In this document: positions 53,355-64,000 of the stretch, in pieces
How positions within the stretch are numbered: the stretch's first letter is position 1
How the letters are laid out: each line of letters opens with the position of its first letter
Assembly (NCBI RefSeq): GCF_036321535.1
Contig: NC_087436.1
Location: 28,026,001-28,090,000 of the forward strand
DNA: 64,000 nt
Direction of reading: 5' to 3'
Origin: Camelus dromedarius
Lineage: Eukaryota
Made by a program: the position numbers and the translations under genes
Notes under the pieces: generated by a model
The model's input: only the letters and a program-made list of their open reading frames with translations
Told to the model about the DNA's origin: nothing
Database searches by the model: none

Positions 53355-53690
53355 TCATAGCAGTAGAGAGAGTGGATTTTTGAGTTAGAAAAACCTGAAT
53401 TTAAATTACAATCTTAACTACTACACATAAAATAGATAAACAACAAGTTTATACTGTATAGCACAGGAAACAATATTCAATATCTTATAGTAACTTATGA
53501 TTAAAAAGAATATAAAATGAATATATGTATGTTCCTATATGACTGAAGTATTGTGCTGTACACCAGAAATTGACACAATATTGTAAACTGACTATACTTC
53601 AATAAAAATATATTAAAAATCACAATCTTTAACTTTCTGGTTTTTTGATTTTAGAATCATTACTTAATCTCTAAATCTTATGTTTTCAAT
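53355..53690 (+). mobile_element. MIR SINE interrupted by a short L1 3' end
   Basis: GCAGTAGAGAGAGTGGATTTTTGAGTTAGAAAAACCTGAATTTAAAT lies before the insert and CATTACTTAATCTCTAAATCTTATGTTTTC after it. Both resemble consecutive MIR segments. Confidence 0.55.
53420..53616 (+). mobile_element. Very short (~200 bp) L1 3' end insertion, camelid type
   Basis: ATAGATAAACAACAAGTTTATACTGTATAGCACAGG...GTGCTGTACACCAGAAATTGACACAATATTGTAAACTGACTATACTTCAATAAAAA. TSD-like AAATTACAATCTTAACT (53403-53419) / AAATCACAATCTTTAACT (53617-53634). Confidence 0.9.
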
Positions 53691-53879
53691 ATTGTGAGGA
53701 TAAAATAAAAACTGGTATATAGTGCTTTTGGTTTGCCTGCAAGTAAATACTCAGATCATGGTGGGCTGATTAGGACAATGCCGAAAATACTGAGGATGTA
53801 AGCGTCTCATAGTCTAAACATTCAGAACAAAACACATTCTTTTCCCCAGTGCATTCCTCATGCTATTTCAGTATCTCAT

Positions 53880-54300
53880 TTATTGATTCATTTACAATTT
53901 ATGCAATATTTATTTAATGTTTATTTAATATTTGTTAACTGTAGAGCTAGATTCTGGATGCACAAGGCAGATATGGACTCTATCCTAACGTGTAATGAAG
54001 TCCAGTGAGGGAGATGGATATTACTAAAGCAACCATAAACAAGAATAGTTTTAAATTAGGGTAAATATTAAGTAAAAACAAAATGAGATTTTTCTGAGTA
54101 TGAGACATTTACATTTATTGAATGAGGAAGAAACCTCTGGAAAAGCAACATGTAAGAAAATATGTGAAGGTATGAGAAAGAGACTCCGAGGAGAGAAGGT
54201 GGGGTTTGGAGCTCTCAAGACAGGCCAATATGCTAGAAGTCCTAGAATGGGAAAGATATGGTCCAATCAGGCCCAGGCTAAGATCCTTGGACCTTTTGTA
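53880..54300 (-). mobile_element. L2 fragment
   Basis: ATTCATTTAC...AATATTTATTTAATG...GAAGTCCAGTGAGGGAGATGG follows the antisense L2 3' pattern. Confidence 0.5.
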
Positions 54301-54559
54301 ATTGAGATTAGGTAAGAGAAGCAGAAGCCATAGAATGCAAGGTTTCATTTTATTTCATGCTAGGCATTATCATAATACTACTAAAGTTGAAAAACAAGAT
54401 AACAGCAAAAAATTCCAATTGTCATGTGAAGGATTGATTCATGCTATTAACCATTCTGAGGACCAGAAAGTTCTATTCAAATCTGTGACCTCCTTTCCAT
54501 TGCACTAGCACTGTGCTGTTAGGCTCTTACTCTTTCAGCTCTGATCTGCTAGATTATGT

Positions 54560-55120
54560 TCTCACAGTATGCTTGCCCTCAAGGTCACCATCCTTTCCCT
54601 CTAACCAAGGCCATCCTATATATGGTCACCAAAATGATTCTTCTAAAGTAGACTCAGATCTTATTACCCAGTTCAGAATAAGCCCCTAGAAGCTCACAAG
54701 TTTGGATTCCTAATTATGACAATAACTCTTTATAATCTGTTTACCATCTCTCAAGCAATACTCCAATTACACTGGGCAATTTGATATTCCCTACTTACTC
54801 CATGCAAATTCACAACACTGATGGGAAGTCCTATTTTTTTTCCATTTTTCAACTGCTGAAGCTCAAATGTGACATATTTCTTAAACTATAACTTCATTTC
54901 TCCATCCTAAAGCAATCGCAATATTTTAAATTTTCCCATTGCACTTATATTTACTTTGCTTAGAACAAATCTGTTACATTAAATATACTGAATTTGTTTT
55001 CATTCAGTTTAGTATTTCGAAAGCATATTGAGAGCAAACATACACATTTACCTTCGGATCTTGAGTGTCTAACATGACGCCTTGAAACTATTTGCTTTAT
55101 TAATGTTTGTTGAATTAGAT
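54560..55120 (+). mobile_element. L2 fragment
   Basis: CACCAAAATGATTCTTCTAAAGTAGACTCAGATC, ending TTAATGTTTGTTGAATTAG (L2 3' terminus). Confidence 0.5.
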
Positions 55121-56109
55121 ATTGAAATTTATTTATTATAACAATAAATCAATTAATTCTGCACATTTTCAGGCATAAAACTATATTTTGTGAGATTATG
55201 TATTAAAAACTTCTCTTTTTAAATTTCCATTATTGGAATATAGGTTTTTAGCAGGCTAAAATAGGTGTATCTCAAGATAAAAGGTTGTCAATTCTGAGTG
55301 CACAATATGATAATAATATATATGAAGTGATACAAGGATTTAAATGTATAAAATCTAATACTTCAATAAACAGTATTATAGTATTTGTTTTAAGCAATAC
55401 AATTTAAAATATAGTTGATGACTTTTTTACATTGTTTTAAAAATAGGTACCAAATACCAGTTAGCTTTTTTTCAGCTATTTTATTTCCTACTTTCTCTAG
55501 GTGTCAGAATGTCTATCAGCTTGCTTGTTATAATTCACTACATGACTAACTTGCCTTATCTAATACACAGTCTGCATATGGTGATGATATTTGTGGGAAA
55601 TGCACTGAAAGAAATTCTGAATTGCCCTCCCACCCTTATGCCACAGAGCCCTTTAAATAACATGATAGCCAAAGCAGAAGAACAATACACCAGATGCTCA
55701 CCCTCAGAAATCAACAGAGAAAAAGATTCTAAAATATGTTCAGTAATATAATCTCCATTTATGTTCAAAATCATCATTATGATAATTAATAGTAGCCCCA
55801 TTATGGAAAATGGTGTAAATAGAGATACAACAGGCAATTTCTCACTTTAGGTGTAAATCCTTGGATTGTGCAATCTCAGGACTTGGGTCAGAAATGTGAT
55901 AGCTGGCGATGTAGTATAAACGCCACAAGCAGAGAGAACAAGAAAAAAATCTAGGGAATTTGTATCTCAAAATATGGGACTGAAAATTAATGTAGATGTT
56001 AGCAGAAAGTATAAAATGGAAATATCATGATCCAAAGCATGCATTTTAAGGATAAGTATGGAGTAAATGATGCAAGGAAAGAAATATGTATTGGGTTATC
56101 ACTCTGTTT

Positions 56110-56450
56110 CATTATTAGTTCATTCACTGAACAAACTTTTGTGGATTTTAAAATTCTGGGCACCATGCTAGGTGCCATTGTAGCAAATGTAAAAGAGATC
56201 TGTTTTTGTCTCTTTGAATCTCATAGTTTAATGTAAAAATACGAAATATCAATTTAATAAAAGAAATATAATGAATTGGGGGGCAAGATAAAAATACTGA
56301 ATATTTTTACCTGGAGATTAAGAAGAGAGTCGTGGAAGGCTTCAAGAAATACGAGACATTTTACTTCTCTCTTGAATGACAGATAAGGGCTTGTCAAGTA
56401 GGTAAAAGAGATAGATATTTTAGAGAAAACATACTGCAAATTCTCAGAGT
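56110..56450 (-). mobile_element. L2 fragment
   Basis: TTCATTCACTGAACAAAC...CTGGGCACCATGCTAGGTGCC...GGAAGGCTTCAAG. Confidence 0.55.
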
Positions 56451-56942
56451 CACCATCAAGTTTAAATGAAAGATAACTGCTAATAGCTCATTTTGAAAAA
56501 TAGAAGAATATGTTATTATTAAGGTTCCCACAATGAGAACAAGTTTCTCAACGAAAATTAGAACAAGTTTCTCCTTTTGTTAAAAAATGCACACACACAT
56601 GCATACACATACTATTATGTTATTTGGACATCTATGCACATATACACATACAATAACTTACAAGTCATTACAAAATCATTTACTTCTGAATCTCAGCTGT
56701 TTTTAAAATGAAAACTGTATGATTTTCAATCTCTACATGCAAGCTTTTGAATGTCAGAATTAGAAGGGATTTTACCATTTATTAATGCAAATTCTGGAAT
56801 CTCTTCTAAAATATCTCTGCCTCTAAGCCACTTACTATGGGCTCTAATAAGCCCAATAACACATGACCTTCTGAGACAATTTTAATAATTATGTTACTAA
56901 CAAAACTATTAAAAAAATAAAAGATTGGGAAAGACAGTCTCA

Positions 56943-57387
56943 TGTGTGAGCTGGATTTCCACCCACATTAAGCTGCACAAGAATGGGCCTAGGACATGTG
57001 CTAGGCTTATCACCTTGTATGGCAATATTTTCCCCTGTTTTAGGCCAAATGAGTGCTATTTTGTTGCTGCTTAAAGCATGTGCATCATATGGCACCTGAA
57101 CAGACCCACTGCTGTATCTGTCCTTGGCAAGGTTCCTTTCACTGCAACATAAGAGTGGTGCAACTTGCCCTGCAACGACTATCACAAGAGACCCACTGGC
57201 CATGAGGAAATGAGGCTCACTATTGAAGCTGATCTTGATCTGTCTCCTCTCTTTGTAAGTAAAGCGTTGTTCCATGCAGTGCTTGACTGCAGGTGTTTTC
57301 CTTGGTGGCTCTAACACCAAGATTTGTTGGGCAGAGTGTTTAGAGTCCTCTGCTTGGATCGGTAACTGGTGCATGTTCTGCTCGACA
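56943..57387 (+). mobile_element. MER73/MER74-like ERVL solo LTR
   Basis: TG...CA-bounded (TGTGTGAGCTGGATTTCCC...CTGCTCGACA), with GAAGCTGATCTTGATCTGTCTCCTCTCTTTGTAAGTAAAGCGTTGTTCC. Confidence 0.65.
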
Positions 57388-57689
57388 AAAACTTAACTGT
57401 TAAAAATGTTAGAAAACAACTTCTTGAGTCAAAATGCCTTCCAGTAAATTTCACTTATTGTTCATAAGTATGCCCGCTGTTCACCACCACAACAATCAAC
57501 TCCAGTCTCACTTTGAGTTCACAGAAGTAACCTAATCCCTTCTCTGCATGAAAGCCCTTTTTACATACGTGTGTGCTCACCCTGTCTTCACAGCTAGTAA
57601 GAGTGAAGTCCCATATTGAAGTTCCTGATCTCAAATTTATTTGCCTAGATGGTCTTAGACAAATATTCATTCTCTCTCTTCCTTATTCC

Positions 57690-57820
57690 TACTTCTCAAA
57701 TGGGGATAATAATACCTCCATCACAGATTTTTTATAATGATTAAATGAACTAAAATGTAAAAGTACTTTGGAAAATATCTGGCTTCTAGTATGTTCTCAG
57801 TAAGCTTTGGCTATTATATT
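57690..57820 (+). mobile_element. MIR SINE 3' fragment
   Basis: AAATGGGGATAATAATACCTCC...GATTAAATGAACTAAAATGTAAAAGTACTT...GGCTATTAT. Confidence 0.7.
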
Positions 57821-59259
57821 AAGAAACTAAAGTCTTTATTATATACTATTTTGTGGACATTGCTTTACAAACTAATGGGCCTTATTTTATTAACTCCTCA
57901 AAAACTGAAAAATAGTGTGCCCCTATTTATGATTTGTTAATATTATACCTTAAAACCTAGAGAAATTCCAACACAGTCCAACTGTAGCAGCACTACTCTG
58001 TCCAATAACCTGCCCCCTTTAATAATGAGGATAGAACACAGTTCTCATTTTGTATAGAAGGAGAGGGAAGGTTAGGCACCCTTTTGGGAATTAAGGAGTC
58101 AGTGGGTGATTCCTTGTTCTTTAGTTTTCCTTCAGCCTAACTTACCAGTGGAGTGTCCCATAAATACTCATAAATCAGCTGAGACATTCCTGGAATTACT
58201 GCCACTGCCATGGAAGCCCCAATCAAAGCAGAGCACAGTATTATACCCCATATGTATTAAACCGAAAAAAAAAAAAGCAGATAACATAACCAGGATATGC
58301 CCAACACCAAGAAGGACTGGAATGCGTTTGAGTTGAATGGAAGGATGCCTGGGGACCCAAACCAATTAGCTGTGCAAGATCATCCCTGTTGTTTCATTAA
58401 CCTCATGGTAGTACTGTTACTTATTTATGAGAAATTTTCATTCCTACTTTTTGTATTTGGAAAAGATGTTGCCATAATACCAGTTTATACATGAGTTTAC
58501 AATAGTTGTCTTGGATCCCATAGAGTTACAGTGTGGCAGTTGTGTCCAACTTGAAGGTAAATAATTTTCCTCAAAGAGCAATGTCTTTCTTTTTCACTAT
58601 TGTTGAACAGGTACCTGGTAATCTGTTCCTCATTGGGCTCATATATAATGTGAACTGAGTAAATGCTATTAAAGAAACATTCCATGTTCAAAACAATTTC
58701 ACTGTAAGACTCAATTTAGAACTATAGTTTCACAGAGCAAAAAGAGATTCCCAAGTTATCCCATAAATGTGCTAATCCTGTTCTCAGGTTTTTAGCTGTT
58801 ATTGTGGGGTTGGAGATTTTTAGTATAATTTTATTTTATTTAACAAGTTTTGAATCTGTTTGAAATCCTGGGTCTTGTCTTCTAAATACTCTCCTTTAAT
58901 TGTGGCAAAAGAATTAAAAAAAAGTTCTATCAGCCCCCTTGTTCAAAATAATACAGCCTAAAGCAATTACCTTTTTTTGGCTGCTGATACAAGCCACTGA
59001 ATTGTATGACCCTACTGATGATTGGAATACATATAATTTGTCCACATATATAAAAGTGCACTCATATTTGTAACACCATGTTATACTTGTCTAGTTAAAT
59101 TATTTTAAGTCTATTGAATCATTTACGTTTCTATTTTGTCCCAGCTTTCTGAATTTGGTTCTATGTGCAGATCATTAATGCCAAGCAGAGCTAGGAGGCT
59201 GCAAACTGTCTTTCTGAGGCTTCATTGCCAAATGGCTTTAATTTGAAAGAAACACACTA

Positions 59260-59500
59260 TTGAAAAGGAACAAACTATTTACAGAAGCAAAAAAGATGGA
59301 TGATCTCAAAGCATTATGCTAGATGAAAGACATCAGATTCAAAGACTTATATACTGTAGAATTCCACATACAACACTCTGGAAAAAGCAAAACAATGGTG
59401 TTAGAGAATAGATCAGCAATTGCTTGTGTCTGGAAGAAGAGGTAAAGTTGAACTTAAAAAAAAAAGCATTATGAGGGCATTTTAGATAAAAGGAGACTGT
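59260..59500 (+). mobile_element. Old L1 (L1MB/ME) 3' fragment
   Basis: GATGGATGATCTCAAAGCATTATGCTAGATGAAAGAC...GGAAAAAGCAAAAC...GAGAATAGATCAGCAATTGC. Confidence 0.7.
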
Positions 59501-59507
59501 TTTGTTA

Positions 59508-61125
59508 ATGAGAGTGGTTCTAGAGGAACTGAATTGATGATGAGTTCTCTGAACTAGTTTCGGGGTTTCTGGAATTGACTCTCTAATCTGATTAGATTTA
59601 CAGATAATAATGAATCCATTTTCGGTAGTAAAAGAACACTGACTGTCTATAGAGTTACTTGAAATATGTGTCAGATAGTCCTAATCTACCTCTCATAAGA
59701 AGCAAGAACATTTTTAGAAACAAAGGAATATAATGCCCTTTGTTGATTTCTTCTGTAAAACATTAATAAACAGAAACCTCAGTAGGATAGAGCCAGGAGA
59801 CAAGAAGGAAGAGCTCTCACCCTACTATAGCGGACTCCAACAGGAAGAGACTTCCTCTATTTGCCTGGGAAGAGCTCAGCCAATGAGAAACTGTCACAAG
59901 TCAACCAATGAAAAGGCACTATGCTTTGAACTCTCAATTCCTCCAATAGAGTCTGTTTACTATCACCCTCTCAACTTCCTCTTCCCTTCTATGTAAGAAT
60001 TCTCCATTTTTGCAGGGAACTTGCACATGACTCACCATGGTTGCAGTCCCCAAATTGCAATCCTCTGCTGATTCCAAATAAACCCATTTTTGCTGTAGAA
60101 ATAACAGACAAGTCTATTTGTTTCAGGTCAACACTCCTAATGTCTCTGAACATAGTGGTGAAAGGAAAGGATGAACTCAGGGATTCAAATTCCCCACTAA
60201 GCTCCCCAAAATAACCTAAGAGTTTCTGGATATGCCTTATCTCCTGAAGTCACAGAACTAAAATTGCTAAAAATTAAATACATAATCTCATCCTGTGATG
60301 GGCTGAATTATACTGCAAGTTAAATTCTCATCCTCATAGGGTATCATCTGTTAATGTGAGGGCATTGAAAGTAAAAGAGAGAGAAATTTAGCTGTGGTTA
60401 GTAAGTGCTCAATCTGCCAGCAGTGGAGACCAACAGGGTCCTCAGTATGGCACAGTTTCCCAGGGCAATCAACCAGCTACCTGATGGTGGGCTGATTACA
60501 TTGGAATGCTTCTATTATAGAACGGGCAGCATTTTGTCTTTAATGGAGTAGATACACTGCATATGGATTTATCTTCCCTGCATGCAATGCTTCTGCCCAA
60601 ACTATCAGTTTTGGGGTCAGAGAATGCCTTATCCACCATCATGGTACTCCACACAACATTGTTTTTGATCAAAGAACTATTCATAGCAAAAGAAGTGACG
60701 CAATAGGCCCATGCTCATAGAACTCACAGAAAAGTAGGGTCTTTCCATGTCCCCACTATTCTGCAGCAGCTGGTGGAATGACCTTTTTGAGACTCAGTTA
60801 CAACATCAGCTAGGTGGCACCACCTTGCAGAGCTGAAAAAAGGGTCTCCAGAAAACCATGTATGCTCTGAATCAGAGTCCAATACACAATGCTGTTTCTC
60901 CCAAAGCCAGGGCTCATAGGTCTAAAAATCAAGGAATAGAAATGGAAGTAGTACCATTCACTATTACCCCTAGTTGTCCCACTAGCAAAAATTCTGCTTC
61001 CTGTGCCTATGAATTTATGTTCTGCTGGCTAGAAGTCTTAGTTTCAGAGGCAGGAATGCTTCACCAGCAGATACAATCATTCACTGAACTGTAAGTTAAG
61101 CCTTCCCCCCAGCCACCTTAAGCTC
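59508..61125 (+). mobile_element. ERVL internal fragment (leader/gag start, large deletion, integrase, dUTPase start), degenerate
   Basis: GAGAGTGGTTCTAGAGGAAC...CTCTCTAATCTGATTAGATTTA is ERVL leader. 60405-60720 translates across frameshifts to CSICQQ...QYGTVSQGNQPAT*W.ADYIG...ECLIHHHGTPHNIVFDQRT (ERVL integrase). Near 61020, GLEVLVSEAGML is dUTPase-like. Confidence 0.85.
59754..60133 (+). mobile_element. ERV1-type (MER34-like) solo LTR nested in the ERVL internal fragment
   Basis: TGTAAAAC...GGTCAACA termini, CCAAT boxes and AATAAA near 60077. Near-TSD CTTC (59750-59753) / CTCC (60134-60137). Confidence 0.8.
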
Positions 61126-61149
61126 CGCATGCTTTCTTCTTTTTGTACT

Positions 61150-61435
61150 TCCCTCTTTTGGTATGGGAGTGACTTTCCTCTGCCTGTCACACCATTGCAT
61201 TTTGGAAGCACATAACATGTTTTATTTCACAGATTCACAGCTGGAGAGCAATTTGCCTCTGAATGAATCTCATCTTGAGTTACACCCATGTCAAGTTTAG
61301 ATGATATTCAGACAAGACTTGGACTTCATGCTTTTGAGTTGATGCTGGAATGAGCTAAGGCTTAGTGGCTTTTAGGATGGATTAAATGTATTTTGCATAT
61401 GGGAAGAACATGGATTTTGGATGGCCAGGGGCAGA
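61150..61435 (+). mobile_element. MaLR internal 3' end (MLT1-int)
   Basis: CCATTGCATTTTGGAAGCACATAAC...TTCACAGCTGGAGAGCAATTTGCCTC...GAGTTGATGCTGGAATGAG...GGCCAGGGGCAGAA lies immediately before an LTR TG. Confidence 0.8.
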
Positions 61436-61800
61436 ATGCTCAATATCTACCCCCCTCCAGGTTCATATGTTGAAATCTTAACTTTCAAGGTGATAGTGTT
61501 AGAAAGTGGGGTCCTTTGGCAGGTGATTAGGTTATAAAGGTAAAGCCCTCATAAGTGAGATTTTTCACTTGTATAAAAAAAGGCCCAAAAGCTCCTTTGC
61601 CTCTTTCACCTTGTGAGGTTATAGGGGGACTAAGGCTATTAGTGAGGAAGTGGGCCTTCACCAGATAGCAAAACGATGGACTCTAAAAACAGGGCCTTGA
61701 TTTTTGGACTTCCCATCTATCCAGAATTAGGAGAAATAAATTTCTCTTGTTTATAAGGCAGCCAGTGTATGATATTCTGTGTAGCAGCCTGAAGAAGACA
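61436..61800 (+). mobile_element. MLT1A-like MaLR 3' LTR
   Basis: TTCATATGTTGAAATCTTAAC...GGTGATTAGGTTATAAAGG...GAGAAATAAATTTCTCTTGTTTATAAG...GTAGCAGCCTGAAGAAGACA. Confidence 0.85.
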
Positions 61801-62129
61801 CTACTCCATGAATTTGTTAAAATTTACAATATTGGCCAACGGAAAAATGTGAATTTTACCTGATGTAAATAAAAAGTAAATTTTAAAAAGCAAGTAAAAT
61901 CTAAGTGAATAGAATATTTGTTCACTGTAAAAGTTTGTTCACTCTTGTGTGTGTTTTAAATATGTAACAAAAATGCTTTCAAGGAAATATGAACAGAGAA
62001 CTAGCAAGAAAGAGAGAAAGGGGCAAAGTGGGAAGCAGGGAAGGATAGAACATTGAATGACTGACTGATGCTGTAGCTATAGAACAGTGCCATTATTTTT
62101 CCTAAAATGTTTCTATTTTTACTTTATTT

Positions 62130-62536
62130 GAGTAATTATTTCTTCAGTTCATGATGGGAGTTTTCCTCCCAGATTCCCCTGTAAGTTCTCTGAAGTCACT
62201 TTTGCTGATAAGTATTGCCTCCTCCAAGGTCACTTCTCTTTACCAGGACCTGCTCATCCAATGACTGTTCAACATAGTACAAAAATCTAGTCTCCTCACC
62301 CCAATTTGGTATAATTTCGAAGGACCACTCTCATTTCAAAGGGATCAGCTGAGATCTTTACTGAGACTATAGCATAATCCAGTTTTTCTTTTTTTTTCCC
62401 TCTCTTCAGTCCTGCGTCTGTCCTTTTCTCTTCCTTGTATAGGTAGTGAATACAAGAACATTCGAAGGTAAACTCCCTAAAAGCTAGTATGATCTCCATT
62501 TCAGATTCTAGTTTCCTGGTAACCCAGTCCACAACA
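62130..62536 (+). mobile_element. LTR16-like (ERVL) solo LTR
   Basis: CCAAGGTCAC...CATCCAATGACTG..., ending ATCTCCATTTCAGATTCTAGTTTCCTGGTAACCCAGTCCACAACA. Confidence 0.7.
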
Positions 62537-64000
62537 ATTCTTTCCACATTAGGAAAAAGAAATCTACTTCCTTTGTAGTGAATTGAATAAGTAAACATAT
62601 GGACTCCTCTAAAAACAGTGGAAAGCAGAAGATTGAGAACATCTGAAAACTATAAGCCATCATCCTCTTTTATAGACAGCATGAGTATGCAAAGCTATCA
62701 GCTCAGTTCAATTCTCAAAAGTTCTCTTAGTTCTCAAAGATTTAGCTCAGTTATTAGATAAAAGGAAAGGACTTAATCAATTGTCCTCAATTGCATTTTT
62801 GACTTCATTATAATTTCCTTTTGAAAGAATGTTTTTGATGCAAAACACCACAGAATGCATTTTTGTTGATTGTAGCCCCGACTTTTTTTCCTGAGAACAC
62901 TTACAAATCTTTGGATAAAATCTGTACTCTAGCTAATATATGATGTTGAAAATCTGTTTAAATTTCAGTTTTAACTTTACCACTGCATAAAAATATTGGG
63001 ATTGAAAAAAATCTGAATGAATGATTTAGCTTACCTTAGCAAAAATTTTAAGTATTCAATTTTTCTGCTAAGTAGATGAAGAGATATTCCCCTTAATATT
63101 TGGATATTGGTTTATTGTAGTTGCAACATGAGTATTTATAGGTGAAGACATTTAGTCTTGAAAATGTACTTTTTGCATAACTAAGAATAAAATGTTCAAT
63201 CTTTTTGAATTTCATGGTGAGTTGAAACAAAATAAAAGTGTTTACATCAAAAGTTAATAGTTTAGATCATGAGTTGAGGTGGGACAGGGAAGTTAAGAAG
63301 GAGACATAAATAAATTACTTGGGCAGAGAAGAAACAAATTCATAGAGAGAGGTGGTAACACATTGTCAGGAGATAGCTTGAAACAAAATAGGTGAAAATC
63401 ACAAAGCAGAGGAATGAAGCACAGAAAGGGAAAGAAAATTGCAGAGGAGTAGCAAAAGCAAAGGCTTAATAGTTATTCTGAGTGGGACATGTTAACAGCA
63501 TGCCAAAAGAATTAGGATCTAATCAGTCTGGAGGCCCAAAGACTGTGTAGAAGAGACAGAATCAGATAAATGGAGTCTATAAAAAAAAGTCAAAGGAACA
63601 AACTGATTTTGAAGGGAATATTATGTTCCTGCCAAAATCCCTTGATTCAAAAAATGAAAGACAGATGATCCCTTGTGTTACATGACAGTTGGGTCATAAT
63701 CTTTATTTTATGCACGGATAAGAATGACACTATTTTCAGTCAACCCACAGAAGATCTAGGACATTATCTATCCATCAAGGGAAAGGTTGACCCTTTACTA
63801 AAGAAAAAGTCCTGAAAAATTAATCGTGGACTATTTCTTCAGAATTCATTTTTATATGAATATATATATGAATGAAATAGTCCTACATATAGAACATAAT
63901 TTATTGTGTATGTGATTTACTGCAATGGTTCTAACATTTGAATTAATGATGTGACTTCCTAAATTTTCAAATGCAGTAAAAGCTCTTAACTGACTTCTTT

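Noticed and set aside
56535..56573. Direct repeat AGAACAAGTTTCTC twice
   Set aside because: Short local duplication with no associated structure.
56940..57374. 144-aa minus-strand ORF
   Set aside because: Lies wholly antisense within an LTR and has no recognisable domain.
60400..61125. Domesticated integrase/dUTPase gene
   Set aside because: Multiple stops and frameshifts. A decayed ERVL pol fragment.

Overview
AT-rich, CpG-poor mammalian (eutherian) DNA, intergenic or deep-intronic. I can support no intact protein-coding gene, RNA gene or CpG island. The listed ORFs are mostly chance ORFs, antisense or degenerate L1 ORF2, or low-complexity artefacts. The window is dominated by transposon fossils: three younger cetartiodactyl-type L1 3' segments, much old L1M/L2/MIR/CR1, many solo LTRs (ERV1, ERVL, MaLR), an ERVL internal fragment and two Tigger-family DNA transposons. 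The L1 3' UTR types and the apparent absence of Bov-tA/BovB, PRE-1, CHR-2 and Alu suggest a camelid (inference). The most notable structure is a three-layer nest at ~5.9-8.9 kb. An L1 with a ~20-bp TSD carries in its 3' UTR a 5'-truncated processed pseudogene of the oocyte-specific linker histone H1-8 (H1FOO/H1oo). That retrocopy is split by a 553-bp solo ERV1-type LTR (4-bp TSD CTGG) containing a CCAAT-box array, two octamer motifs and a TATA box. The retrocopy lacks a TSD and replaces the L1 G-rich tract, raising a template-switch hypothesis. Repeat family names come from my recollection of consensus sequences, not from a search, and boundaries of old repeats are approximate.
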